Shown here one piece after another: positions 1 through 8,425 of a stretch of DNA of 32,000 nucleotides (position 1 is the stretch's first letter; each line of letters starts with the position of its first letter). The DNA is taken from the NCBI RefSeq assembly GCF_000022265.1, contig NC_011979.1, positions 3,780,001 to 3,812,000 of the forward strand, read 5' to 3'. The position numbers and the translations under genes are program-made. Source of the stretch: Geotalea daltonii FRC-32 (GTDB taxonomy: Bacteria; Desulfobacterota; Desulfuromonadia; Geobacterales; Geobacteraceae). Under the pieces are notes generated by a model that saw nothing but the letters and a program-made list of their open reading frames with translations, did no database searches and had not been told where the DNA came from.

Positions 1-963
1 ACCCTTCTGCATCTCTTCCACCACGTAGCGGTCGCCGACAGCGGTCTTTATTACCCGCCCCCCTGCTCTTTTCACGGCAATGTCCAGCCCCATATTGCTC
101 ATGACCGTAGCCACAAGTGTCTGTTTGTTCAGCGTACCCTTCTGCAGCATGTCGGTAGCGCAGATGGCCATGATGTTGTCGCCATTCACCTCATTGCCGA
201 ATTCATCGACGAATATGACCCGGTCCGCATCGCCGTCCAGGGCAATCCCCAGGTCGGCGCCATGTTCTTTCACCGCTGCGCTGATCACCTCCGGGTGCAG
301 GGAGCCGCAGCCGGCATTGATGTTGGTGCCGTTTGGCTTGACGCCGATGGCGATCACTTCGGCCCCAAGTTCCTCGAAAACGGCAGGGGCAACCTTGTAG
401 GCAGCACCGTTGGCGCAATCGAGAACGATCTTCAGGCCGGAGAGGTCCATATCCTTGGGAAAGGTGCTCTTGAGGAAGACAACGAATCGCCCGGCGGCGT
501 CGTCGATGCGGTATGCCTTACCCACTTCGTTGGCAATGGGGCGCATGGAGTCCATGTCTCCGGAAAAAATGAGCTCTTCGATGCGCAGTTCCATTTCATC
601 GGGCAGTTTGAAACCGTCACGGCAAAAGAACTTGATGCCGTTGTCCTGAAAAGGATTGTGGGATGCGGAAATAACCACCCCGGCATCGGCCCGCATGGAA
701 GAGGTAATGTTGGCAATGCCGGGGGTAGGAAGGGGTCCCACCTGAAGCACATCCACGCCCATGGAGCATATGCCTGCGACCAGTGCATTTTCAATCATGT
801 AGCCGGAAAGCCGGGTATCCTTGCCGATAACAATCCTGTGCCTGCTCTTGCCGTTCCTGAAAATATGTGCGGCTGCCCTGCCAATCTGCATGGCCATTTC
901 CGTTGTCATCGGGTAAACATTGGCCACCCCCCTGACGCCATCCGTGCCGAAAAGTTTTTTCAT
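1..963 (-). CDS. glmM: Phosphoglucosamine mutase GlmM, partial (C-terminus lies outside the window)
   Basis: The minus-strand ORF runs open to the window edge, so it is absent from the ORF track. My own translation from ATG 963..961 reads [35 protein letters not shown]...[19 protein letters not shown]...[23 protein letters not shown]. It carries the SASHNP phosphoserine loop and the DGDADR metal loop. A GGAGG RBS lies at 976..972. The 241-aa plus ORF 262-987 is its antisense shadow. Confidence 0.95.
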   Translation of the reverse strand, partial: MKKLFGTDGVRGVANVYPMTTEMAMQIGRAAAHIFRNGKSRHRIVIGKDTRLSGYMIENALVAGICSMGVDVLQVGPLPTPGIANITSSMRADAGVVISASHNPFQDNGIKFFCRDGFKLPDEMELRIEELIFSGDMDSMRPIANEVGKAYRIDDAAGRFVVFLKSTFPKDMDLSGLKIVLDCANGAAYKVAPAVFEELGAEVIAIGVKPNGTNINAGCGSLHPEVISAAVKEHGADLGIALDGDADRVIFVDEFGNEVNGDNIMAICATDMLQKGTLNKQTLVATVMSNMGLDIAVKRAGGRVIKTAVGDRYVVEEMQKG

Positions 964-1037
964 CGTCTGAACCTCCTGAGCTTTTAGGAGAAGTGAACTC
1001 TACTCTACACCTAATTTATATACTACAGCTTTGCTTT

Positions 1038-1430
1038 TTAATCTGGCTTTTTTGGCTCCGATGGCTGAGCCATTATATCAACTGCCGTCAACACTGTTTT
1101 CACCCGCAATTCATCATCCAGGGGGATAAATCTCTCAGGTTCGGCAAACCGGTTCACTCCGGCATGCAGCCCATGGAGGTCCAACTGCAGCTTTAAGCCT
1201 GTAATTTTTGCCTTGAGCAGCAGAATGCGCGGACCGGCTAAAACCATTTCAACGTAAGCAGGAGGCTTGGTTACCAGTGTCAGCCCGGCAGGCACATTAC
1301 CATATTCCACCGGCACCTTCACTCTCTTTTCGCCTTGGGTCTCGCTCGTGATGAAGAGAAAGACAAGCCCCGCCAGCAGAAGGGATAGAACCCTGAGCAA
1401 GATTTTCTTCTCTGCCTGATCCATGGTCAT
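1038..1430 (-). CDS. Short YbbR-domain protein (CdaR-like partner of CdaA), one TM helix plus a single YbbR-like repeat
   Basis: It sits between cdaA and glmM, the conserved cdaA-cdaR-glmM order. It has an N-terminal hydrophobic helix LLRVLSLLLAGLVFLFI followed by a beta-rich domain. The track start at 1439 is a GTG. ATG 1430..1428 forms an ATGA overlap with the cdaA stop and is my preferred start. Confidence 0.7.
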   Translation of the reverse strand: MTMDQAEKKILLRVLSLLLAGLVFLFITSETQGEKRVKVPVEYGNVPAGLTLVTKPPAYVEMVLAGPRILLLKAKITGLKLQLDLHGLHAGVNRFAEPERFIPLDDELRVKTVLTAVDIMAQPSEPKKPD

Positions 1431-2194
1431 GACAGCCACCTGGGTTCTATGAGCTTGCGCAACACCTTACGGAGAGTGATGGAGTCCAGATCATCCGATT
1501 TGTGCCCCCCGACGACAAGCGAAATGGATCCCGTTTCTTCCGACACGACCAGCACAACGGCATCCACCAGCTCAGTCAGGCCGATGGCGGCCCTGTGCCT
1601 GGTCCCCAGGTTCTTGCTGATGTCCGGGTTCTGGGTCAGAGGCAGAAAGCAGCCGGCCCTGGTCAGCTTCCCCTTCTGGATGATCACCGCACCATCATGA
1701 ATGGGAGAATAGGGGAGAAATATGGAAGAAATCAGTTCGCTGGTGACCTTGGCGTCGATGTCGGTGCCTACGGCAATGAAATTGTCAATGGACATGGACC
1801 GCTCGATGACTATCAATGCACCGATCTGCCTGCCGGCGAGAGACTCTGCAGCAGTGGCCAGTTCTTCGATAATGGAATCCACCTCTTCCACTTCCCGCTC
1901 TTTCCCCTGGCGTCCCCGATTCATGGTAGCGAACGCCAGCCTGATATCCGTCTGGAAAATCACAACGAGAGCAACGAAGGAGGAGGCAATTACGGCCTTC
2001 AGCAGCAGGTGCACGGTATGCAGGCCGGCAAGGCGTGCGGCCATGGAGAAAATAAGAAGCAGGGAGAGGCTTGCGAGGATTCGTACTGCCAGTGCGCCGT
2101 TAATGAGCAGGCTTAGCCTGTAGATGACGAAGGCTGCAAGTGCGATATCCAGTGTCTGTAGTATAAGGCTCAAATTTTGCGGAAATTCCGTCAT
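1427..2194 (-). CDS. cdaA: Diadenylate cyclase CdaA (DisA_N domain, membrane anchored)
   Basis: It has the DGA motif (PIHDGAVII) and the RHR motif (LGTRHRAAIG) of c-di-AMP synthases. Three hydrophobic helices are present at the N-terminus. Synteny with the ybbR-like gene and glmM supports the call. Confidence 0.93.
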   Translation of the reverse strand: MTEFPQNLSLILQTLDIALAAFVIYRLSLLINGALAVRILASLSLLLIFSMAARLAGLHTVHLLLKAVIASSFVALVVIFQTDIRLAFATMNRGRQGKEREVEEVDSIIEELATAAESLAGRQIGALIVIERSMSIDNFIAVGTDIDAKVTSELISSIFLPYSPIHDGAVIIQKGKLTRAGCFLPLTQNPDISKNLGTRHRAAIGLTELVDAVVLVVSEETGSISLVVGGHKSDDLDSITLRKVLRKLIEPRWLS

Positions 2195-2245
2195 TCATTA
2201 CCTGTGGTCAGGATTGCAGATGGTGCTGCCATGCTAACCGCTGTA

Positions 2246-3100
2246 TCAGTTTCTTTTCCCATAAAGCGCACCGGCCATATCGGCAACATCGCGCATTTCC
2301 AGGACATCGTGCACCCGGACAAGGGCAGCACCGTTGTAAATGGCGACAGCGACTACAGCAGCAGTGCCGAAAAGACGTTCAGCCGGTTCCTTGCCGGTGA
2401 TCTTGCCGATAAAGGTCTTTCGGGAGGCAGCCAGAAGAACAGGACGGCCAAGCTCTGAAAATTCGCTTAGGCGGCGAATGATCTCCAGGTTTCCCTCCAT
2501 GTCCTTGCCGAAACCGACTCCGGGATCGATGATGATCCGTCCTGCCGGGATTCCGGCATCCTCAGCCAGTTTAAGAGACGAGCGCAGCGCAGCCGAAACC
2601 TCGGCAATAATATCTCCATAGGTAGTATTCAGCTGCATTTCCTGGGGGGTCCCCCTGGTGTGCATGACGATCAGTCCGGCACCGGCTGAAGCAACGACCT
2701 CTGCCATACGGCTGTCGAAGGTGAGACCACTGATATCGTTAATGATTTCGGCCCCCGCTGCCAATGCAGCCTCGGCAACGGAAGCCTTGTAGGTATCGAT
2801 GGAGATGGGAATTTTAAGACGGCCAGCCAGCGCTTCAACCACAGGGATAACCCGGTTCAGCTCTTCCTGCTCGCTTACCGGCGGCGCATTGGGACGGGTA
2901 CTTTCACCGCCGATGTCGATGATGTCGGCCCCCTGGGCTTCCATTTCCAGTGCTCTGGCAACAGCTTTTTCATAACTGAAGAAGCTGTTGCCGTCTGAAA
3001 AGGAATCGGGGGTGACATTGAGGATACCCATGACACAAGGTCGTCCGGAAAGGTCGATGGTGCGTCTGCCGATGGACCAGGAAAGCGGGAAATCAGCCAT
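2246..3100 (-). CDS. folP: Dihydropteroate synthase
   Basis: It carries GILNVTPDSFSDG, IIDIGGESTRP and a pterin-binding TIM-barrel pattern. Its start overlaps the ftsH stop (TAATG). Confidence 0.95.
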   Translation of the reverse strand: MADFPLSWSIGRRTIDLSGRPCVMGILNVTPDSFSDGNSFFSYEKAVARALEMEAQGADIIDIGGESTRPNAPPVSEQEELNRVIPVVEALAGRLKIPISIDTYKASVAEAALAAGAEIINDISGLTFDSRMAEVVASAGAGLIVMHTRGTPQEMQLNTTYGDIIAEVSAALRSSLKLAEDAGIPAGRIIIDPGVGFGKDMEGNLEIIRRLSEFSELGRPVLLAASRKTFIGKITGKEPAERLFGTAAVVAVAIYNGAALVRVHDVLEMRDVADMAGALYGKRN

Positions 3101-4944
3101 TATGCAGGGGTCACCTCGGGTGTGGCCTGTACCGGCGCGTCCGACCGAATGATCCGGTCAACCTCATCGCCACTCAGGTTTTCCTTTTCGATAAGTTCCA
3201 GGGACAATTTGTGCAGAGTATCGATGTTGTCGGAAAGCAGCTTGTACACCCGGCCGTAGTTGTCGTCGATGATGCGCCTGATCTCCACGTCGATTTCAAC
3301 CGCTGTCGCTTCACTGTAATTCTTGTGGGTGGACATTTCGCGGCCAAGGAAGATCTGTTCGTCTTTCTTGCCGAAACTGACCGGCCCAAGCTTTTCGCTC
3401 ATGCCCCATTCACAGATCATCTTCCGGGCAATCTCCGTAGCCCGTTCGATATCATTGCCGGCGCCGGTGGTCATGGAACTGAAGATAATTTCTTCTGCCA
3501 CCCGGCCGCCAAGGAGAACGGCGATGCGGTCCAGCAGCGACTCCCGTGAATAGCTGTGCTTGTCCTCTATGGGCAGCTGCATGGTAACGCCAAGCGCCCT
3601 GCCCCGTGGAATTATGGACACCTTGTGCACCGGATCTGTACCGGGGATGAGTTTCGCCACCAGGGTATGTCCGGCCTCATGGTAGGCAGTGTTTTTCTTT
3701 TCCTCATCGGAAATGACCATGCTGCGCCGCTCTACCCCCATCAGGACCTTGTCCTTGGCATCGTCGAAGTCCTGCATGTCGACGACGCTTTTATCCTTGC
3801 GGGCGGCGAGCAGAGCTGCCTCGTTGACCACGTTTGAAAGATCGGCTCCGGAGAACCCGGGAGTACCCCTGGCAATGACCGCCAGGTCGATGTTGGGGCC
3901 AAGGGGTGTTTTCTTGGTATGGACCTTGAGGATCGCCTCGCGCCCTTTCACATCCGGGCGGGGCACCACCACCTGCCGATCGAAGCGCCCGGGGCGAAGC
4001 AGTGCCGGATCGAGGACATCGGGTCGGTTGGTGGCAGCGATGAGAATAACTCCTTCGTTTGATTCAAAGCCGTCCATCTCCACCAGGAGCTGATTCAGGG
4101 TCTGCTCGCGCTCGTCGTGCCCTCCCCCGAGACCGGCGCCGCGGTGACGGCCGACGGCATCGATCTCATCGATGAAGATAATGCAGGGAGCGCTCTTCTT
4201 GCCTTGGACAAACAGGTCGCGGACCCGGCTGGCGCCGACACCGACGAACATTTCCACAAAGTCGGAACCGGAAATGGAGAAGAAAGGTACCCCCGCCTCC
4301 CCGGCTATGGCTCTAGCGAGCAGGGTTTTACCGGTACCCGGAGGTCCCATGAGAAGGACCCCTTTGGGAATACGGCCACCAAGCTTGGTGAATTTTTTCG
4401 GCTCCTTGAGAAAGGAAATGATCTCTTCCAGTTCTTCCTTGGCCTCTTCAATGCCGGCCACATCTTCGAACGTGACCCTACCCTGGGCTTCAGTCAGGAG
4501 CTTGGCGCGGCTCTTGCCGAAGGCCATGGCCTTGCCGCCGCCCCCCTGCATCTGGCGCATGAAGAAAATCCATACTCCCACGAGGAAGATGATGGGGAAC
4601 CAGGAAATAAATATCGAGAACCAGGAGAATTTCTCTTCTTCAGGTCGCGCGTTGACCGGAATCTTTTTCGCTAGGAGGAGGTCGGTCAGCTTGGCGTCGG
4701 CCGGTTTGTAGCTGCGGAATTCCTTGCCGTCAGCGAACTTGCCGATGATCTCGTTGCCCTGGATGGTAACGCTGGCCACCCGCTTATCCACATTCTTGAT
4801 CTTGCCGGTCTCCACAGATTCTATGAAATCACTGTAGTCTAACTTTTCCTGGGATGGTTTTGGCTTGTTGATCAGATTGAACAACAGAATCATCATCAGG
4901 CTTATGACAAGCCAAAGGGCCAGGTTTTTATAAAACTGATTCAA
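3100..4944 (-). CDS. ftsH: ATP-dependent zinc metalloprotease FtsH
   Basis: It has Walker A GPPGTGKT, Walker [10 protein letters not shown], the second region of homology [20 protein letters not shown] and the zinc site HEAGH. Two TM helices are present at the N-terminus. The start codon is TTG (4944..4942), preceded by a GGGGG RBS. Confidence 0.97.
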   Translation of the reverse strand: MNQFYKNLALWLVISLMMILLFNLINKPKPSQEKLDYSDFIESVETGKIKNVDKRVASVTIQGNEIIGKFADGKEFRSYKPADAKLTDLLLAKKIPVNARPEEEKFSWFSIFISWFPIIFLVGVWIFFMRQMQGGGGKAMAFGKSRAKLLTEAQGRVTFEDVAGIEEAKEELEEIISFLKEPKKFTKLGGRIPKGVLLMGPPGTGKTLLARAIAGEAGVPFFSISGSDFVEMFVGVGASRVRDLFVQGKKSAPCIIFIDEIDAVGRHRGAGLGGGHDEREQTLNQLLVEMDGFESNEGVILIAATNRPDVLDPALLRPGRFDRQVVVPRPDVKGREAILKVHTKKTPLGPNIDLAVIARGTPGFSGADLSNVVNEAALLAARKDKSVVDMQDFDDAKDKVLMGVERRSMVISDEEKKNTAYHEAGHTLVAKLIPGTDPVHKVSIIPRGRALGVTMQLPIEDKHSYSRESLLDRIAVLLGGRVAEEIIFSSMTTGAGNDIERATEIARKMICEWGMSEKLGPVSFGKKDEQIFLGREMSTHKNYSEATAVEIDVEIRRIIDDNYGRVYKLLSDNIDTLHKLSLELIEKENLSGDEVDRIIRSDAPVQATPEVTPA

Positions 4945-4959
4945 GTTTACCCCCGTGAT

Positions 4960-4999
4960 AGGTTGAAAAGCTTATTTTGCCGCGTATAAGGTTGAAAAG
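4960..4999. repeat. Perfect 11-bp direct repeat AGGTTGAAAAG (4960-4970 and 4989-4999) in the ftsH upstream region
   Basis: Read directly from the sequence; the period is 29 bp. The second copy overlaps a possible minus-strand promoter, TTGTCA (5025..5020)-N17-TAACTT (5002..4997). Confidence 0.6.
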
Positions 5000-5029
5000 T
5001 TACCATAAAGGACAGTTGTTGACAAGTGC

Positions 5030-6409
5030 TTAAGCTGTGGAATCAACAATCTCCAGCTTCAGCACCGAGGTGGTATCCGCCGTTATCCTGCCTGAGGCTG
5101 ACGGCATGACCCCCCCCACCCAGAACAGGGTGTCACCGGAAAAGAACAGCGGTATGCGGCGCCGGGACAGAAGGGGTACCTTGCGATCGATGAAGAGGTT
5201 CTTGACTTTTTTTGACCCGGCCATGCCGAGTGGGGAAAATGCATCCCCCGGCCTGAAGGTGCGAATTTGCCAGGGGAAAGGCACTGTATCCATATCTAAA
5301 TAGACCACATGCGCCGATATATTTTCCCAGGTCCCCGGTGCCTGGGCAAATTCAACTGTAAAGGAGCCTCCACATGGAATGGCATAGCTGCCAGGGCCCT
5401 CAACATGAAGTTCATACTGTTCCGGCGGTGTATAGTTCTCACTGCTGAAGACAAGCTTTTCGTAGCGGCGCATCACGGTAATTCCGCGGCTGAGATTGAC
5501 TTTGCCGCTTGGCTTGCGTGAGAGAAGAAGAAGGTCCACATCGTTGAGATGCACAGCGCTGATAGTTGACAGATCGCCTTTGAGTTGCTGCAGTGCCTGC
5601 CGATACATGCGGATGCGTATTCCCCTGGGTTCCATATCCGCTCCAGCGACTGAGATTGATACCTCCCCCGATCCTACTAAGGCATGGTTGGCGAACGCAG
5701 TTGCAGTAACTGCCTCCAGTATTTTCTCGTCTTCGGAGAGAGCAACGGCGGTTGTAGCCAGACGCTCGGTAATGGCTGGATTATAACCCCTGAGGAATGG
5801 GATCAATTCATGACGAATGCGGTTGCGGAGGAAATTGAGATCGGCATTGCTGCTGTCGGTCCGGTAGCCAAGCCCCTTTTTGTCCAGGTATGATTCAATT
5901 TCCCTGCGGGTAACCGAAAGCAGTGGACGGATGATCAAGCCGGCAGTAGTTGAGGTCATGGCGCGTAAACCGCTGCCCCCAGCGCCCCTGATAAGCCGCA
6001 TCAGCACTGTTTCCGCTTGATCGTCGGCATGGTGTGCAACTGCAACTGACCTGGCATTGCAGTTTATGGCAAGCTCCTTCAAGAACCGATAGCGGGCAAC
6101 GCGGCCGGCTTCTTCCAGCGACATCTTACTCTCTCGGCTAAGAGCAAGTACATCCACAGCCTTTGTCACGAAGCAAACGCCGTATCCTCCGGCCAATTTG
6201 CGGACAAATGCCTCGTCTGCATCAGATTCGCTCCCACGGAGACAGTGGTTGAGGTGGGCTACTATGAGACGAAGCTTCGATGACCTGAGGCCGGCAAGCA
6301 CATCCAGCAGGGCAACTGAATCAGCACCGCCGGAAACGGCAACGATAACCGTATCGCCAGGACTGATAAGTCTGTGTGCCCTTATGTAGCTATTAACCTT
6401 TCTCCACAT
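5030..6409 (-). CDS. tilS: tRNA(Ile)-lysidine synthase TilS
   Basis: It has the PP-loop VAVSGGADSVALL at the N-terminus. Its length and C-terminal substrate-binding extension are typical of long-form TilS. It lies in the usual tilS-ftsH neighbourhood. Confidence 0.93.
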   Translation of the reverse strand: MWRKVNSYIRAHRLISPGDTVIVAVSGGADSVALLDVLAGLRSSKLRLIVAHLNHCLRGSESDADEAFVRKLAGGYGVCFVTKAVDVLALSRESKMSLEEAGRVARYRFLKELAINCNARSVAVAHHADDQAETVLMRLIRGAGGSGLRAMTSTTAGLIIRPLLSVTRREIESYLDKKGLGYRTDSSNADLNFLRNRIRHELIPFLRGYNPAITERLATTAVALSEDEKILEAVTATAFANHALVGSGEVSISVAGADMEPRGIRIRMYRQALQQLKGDLSTISAVHLNDVDLLLLSRKPSGKVNLSRGITVMRRYEKLVFSSENYTPPEQYELHVEGPGSYAIPCGGSFTVEFAQAPGTWENISAHVVYLDMDTVPFPWQIRTFRPGDAFSPLGMAGSKKVKNLFIDRKVPLLSRRRIPLFFSGDTLFWVGGVMPSASGRITADTTSVLKLEIVDSTA

Positions 6410-6456
6410 GAATATCGCCTCGAAAATCCCAATGAATAAACTGCGGCTCCAGATAC

Positions 6457-6479
6457 AAAAAAACCCCTCGTTGGAGGGG
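6457..6479 (-). terminator. Intrinsic terminator after the tRNA
   Basis: The minus strand reads CCCCTC-CAAC-GAGGGG followed by TTTTTTT, starting 7 nt after the tRNA CCA end. Confidence 0.6.
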
Positions 6480-6485
6480 TTGAAT

Positions 6486-6562
6486 TGGTGGCGGTGCAGG
6501 GACTTGAACCCCGGACACTACGGATATGAGCCGTATGCTCTAACCAGCTGAGCTACACCGCC
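6486..6562 (-). tRNA. tRNA with anticodon CAT (elongator Met by resemblance; tRNA-Ile2/lysidine not excluded), 77 nt with encoded CCA
   Basis: The minus strand reads GGCGGTG TA GCTC AGCTGGTTA GAGC A TACGG CTCATAT CCGTA GTGTC CGGGG TTCAAGT CCCTG CACCGCC A CCA. This gives a full cloverleaf with a 7-bp acceptor stem and anticodon loop CT-CAT-AT. It is not an initiator: there is no C1:A72 mismatch and no GGG/CCC anticodon stem. Confidence 0.9.
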
Positions 6563-6626
6563 AAAATATTTATAAGTACGCTATGAATTGTTCAATTAAC
6601 CAAAGGCGGTTGACAAGAGACCTCAC

Positions 6627-6655
6627 TATATAAAACACCCACGGTAGATTGTCAA
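6627..6655 (-). promoter_or_regulatory. Sigma70-type promoter for the tRNA (and possibly read-through into tilS)
   Basis: The minus strand reads TTGACA (6655..6650)-N17-TATATA (6632..6627), about 58 nt upstream of the mature tRNA 5' end. Confidence 0.5.
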
Positions 6656-6817
6656 GAAAAAAACCTGTCGGAAAAACAGGGGCGGTTTCTCCGTCTTTTC
6701 CAGTAAAATGTGGTCTTTTCACGGACACAAAAAGATGACAACAGGGCTTTTCTTGAAACAGAATATATGTTAATAATATTTCTGGTTTTACATAATGAAC
6801 CGAAAGGAGCTCTATCC

Positions 6818-7063
6818 ATGTCAAATAACAGGAGTAACGAAAACACCGCAATCTTGGCTTTTTTGACCGGCGCCGTCATCGCTGCCGGTGTCACTCTCCT
6901 TCTGACCCCTAAAACGGGAAAAGAGGTTCGTGAAAAACTCGGTGAAGCCAAAGACGAGGCACTGGACAAACTGAAATGCTGCGCCAAGGAAGCAAAATTC
7001 AGAATGACACCAAAAACCAAGGGTGAAGCTCTTCAATACGATGGGGGCGATGGTTGGATATAA
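6818..7063 (+). CDS. YtxH-domain small membrane/stress protein (81 aa)
   Basis: MSNNRSNENTAILAFLTGAVIAAGVTLLLTPKTGKEVREKLGEAKDEA matches the YtxH signature (hydrophobic helix followed by PK[ST]GKE.RE.L). A GGAG RBS at 6806-6809 lies 8 nt before ATG 6818. The track ORF start at 6710 has no RBS. Confidence 0.7.
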   Translation: MSNNRSNENTAILAFLTGAVIAAGVTLLLTPKTGKEVREKLGEAKDEALDKLKCCAKEAKFRMTPKTKGEALQYDGGDGWI

Positions 7064-7091
7064 GCCCTCACGGGACAAAGTAAAGAAGCGA

Positions 7092-7131
7092 CGGGAAGGT
7101 TCTCTCTTGCCAGAGGAACAGAGCCTTCCCG
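7092..7131 (+). terminator. Possible terminator hairpin after the ytxH-like gene
   Basis: CGGGAAGG (7092-7099) pairs with CCTTCCCG (7124-7131), with further inner pairs. The following T-tract is only TTATAAT, so this is weak. Confidence 0.25.
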
Positions 7132-7350
7132 TTATAATGCGTGGCTACATTTGTCCAATTCTGCAATACTGACTCTCCATTTTAATAGCCTCCCCGTCAT
7201 TTCCAACCTTTTCACTTTCTTGTCAAACTTGAAAAACAATCCATCTTCCGATGATCGCGGCACTGAATTTTATCACTAAAGAATTTTTCAAGCCATCCCA
7301 GACCCCAATCAAGCATAAATTATTACTGAGGAATTGAAAATATTTCTGTG

Positions 7351-7375
7351 AGATTTATTGATGGCAGATTTATTG
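7351..7375 (+). repeat. Perfect 10-bp direct repeat AGATTTATTG x2 (7351-7360, 7366-7375) upstream of the GGDEF gene
   Basis: Read directly from the sequence. The period is 15 bp, and the repeat lies 47-71 bp upstream of ATG 7422 in an AT-rich 358-bp non-coding gap. Confidence 0.6.
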
Positions 7376-7421
7376 CGTCTGTTTTTCATTAGTTCCAACA
7401 TTCAAAAAAGGCCATATCTCT

Positions 7422-8423
7422 ATGTATGATGCCGTCCACAACCGGGTTTTTGAATATCTGGAAAAAAGATCCAAGATCTCGCTTCTTTTCTCCGGTTACA
7501 TTCTTGTGGCTATCCTCGCCTACGTTGATTACGTAACTGGCGATTTCTCGATTATTCTCTTTTATCTGATCCCGATATTCCTGGTGGGCTGGTTCGTCAA
7601 CAAACGCTCCGTTTTCTTCATCTGCCTGTATGCCGCCCTAGCCAGCCTATGCAACCAATTTCTCACACACCCTGCCACCACGACATTTCACCATTCATGG
7701 GACTTCATCATCGAATCCAGCTATATGATCCTCCTGGGGCTGATGTTCTCAACCCTGCGGGAAAAACATGATCAGGAAAAGCAGCTGGCCAGGATCGACC
7801 CGCTGACACGTGTACTGAATCGCCGTTACCTGTATGAAATGGCGGAACAGGAGATAAATAGATCCAGACGCTATGACCGCTTTTTCAGCATTGCATATCT
7901 AGACCTGGACAACTTTAAGGCAATCAATGACACAAAGGGGCATCATGTGGGCGATGATCTTTTATGCGTTGTAGCCGGTACCATTGTGGAAAATATGCGC
8001 TGTGCAGACATGGTGGCTCGCATCGGTGGGGATGAGTTCGTCGTTCTCATGCCGGAAACTGGCGCATCAGACGCTAGATCAGCCCTTGTCAAGCTGCAGG
8101 AGAGGCTTATGGAACGGATGGGGGCAAGGAACTGGCCGGTCAGCTTCAGTGTCGGCCTGGTAACCTATTATTGCCCTCCGACATCGGTTGATGAAATGTT
8201 GAAAAAAGCGGATGGGCTGATGTATGAAGTCAAATCCCAGGAAAAGAACTCTTTCCGGCACGAAGTGGTCGAAACAAGTATGCTGAGGGAGCATCCTTCG
8301 CCGCCAAGGCCGGTAAGGATGCACTCGGGGAAGTCACTTTTATCAGGCGGATTCACAATAACCATCCTTACTGATTTAAAAAACAAAATTGATACGGCAA
8401 AAAAAGATCGGACGATTCAGTGA
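7422..8423 (+). CDS. Membrane-anchored diguanylate cyclase (GGDEF domain with I-site)
   Basis: It has DPLTRVLNRRY, DLDNFKAINDTKGHHVGDDLL and the active site RIGGDEF. An RxxD I-site (RCAD) sits 5 residues upstream of GGDEF. About 4-5 hydrophobic helices are present at the N-terminus. The SD is weak. Confidence 0.9.
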   Translation: MYDAVHNRVFEYLEKRSKISLLFSGYILVAILAYVDYVTGDFSIILFYLIPIFLVGWFVNKRSVFFICLYAALASLCNQFLTHPATTTFHHSWDFIIESSYMILLGLMFSTLREKHDQEKQLARIDPLTRVLNRRYLYEMAEQEINRSRRYDRFFSIAYLDLDNFKAINDTKGHHVGDDLLCVVAGTIVENMRCADMVARIGGDEFVVLMPETGASDARSALVKLQERLMERMGARNWPVSFSVGLVTYYCPPTSVDEMLKKADGLMYEVKSQEKNSFRHEVVETSMLREHPSPPRPVRMHSGKSLLSGGFTITILTDLKNKIDTAKKDRTIQ

Positions 8424-8425
8424 AG

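Noticed and set aside
262-987. A 241-aa plus-strand ORF, together with 80-400 and 410-649 (plus) and 432-794 (minus)
   Set aside because: The main ORFs are antisense to, and the others out of frame with, a clearly recognisable glmM reading frame (SASHNP and DGDADR motifs). They have no RBS, and their composition is the Gly/His/Ala-rich type typical of shadow ORFs in GC-rich coding DNA.
6610-6632. A plus-strand TTGACA (6610-6615) as a promoter for the ytxH-like gene
   Set aside because: The only -10-like hexamers (TATATA, TATAAA) are 11-13 bp away, and at 17 bp the sequence is AAAACA. The same TATATA works with correct 17-bp spacing for the minus-strand tRNA promoter.
7064-7421. A c-di-GMP (GEMM) riboswitch or a small ORF (7251-7337, 28 aa) upstream of the GGDEF gene
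   Set aside because: I found no GEMM-I core (GCAAA...ACGCAAAGC, or paired hairpins with a GNRA tetraloop and receptor). The 28-aa ORF has no RBS and no notable composition.
6563-8423. A possible genomic islet next to the tRNA (AT-rich ytxH-like and GGDEF genes)
   Set aside because: The AT-rich segment lies on the 5' (promoter) side of the tRNA, whereas integrases target the 3' end. There is no integrase, no direct repeat of the tRNA 3' end, and no mobility genes.
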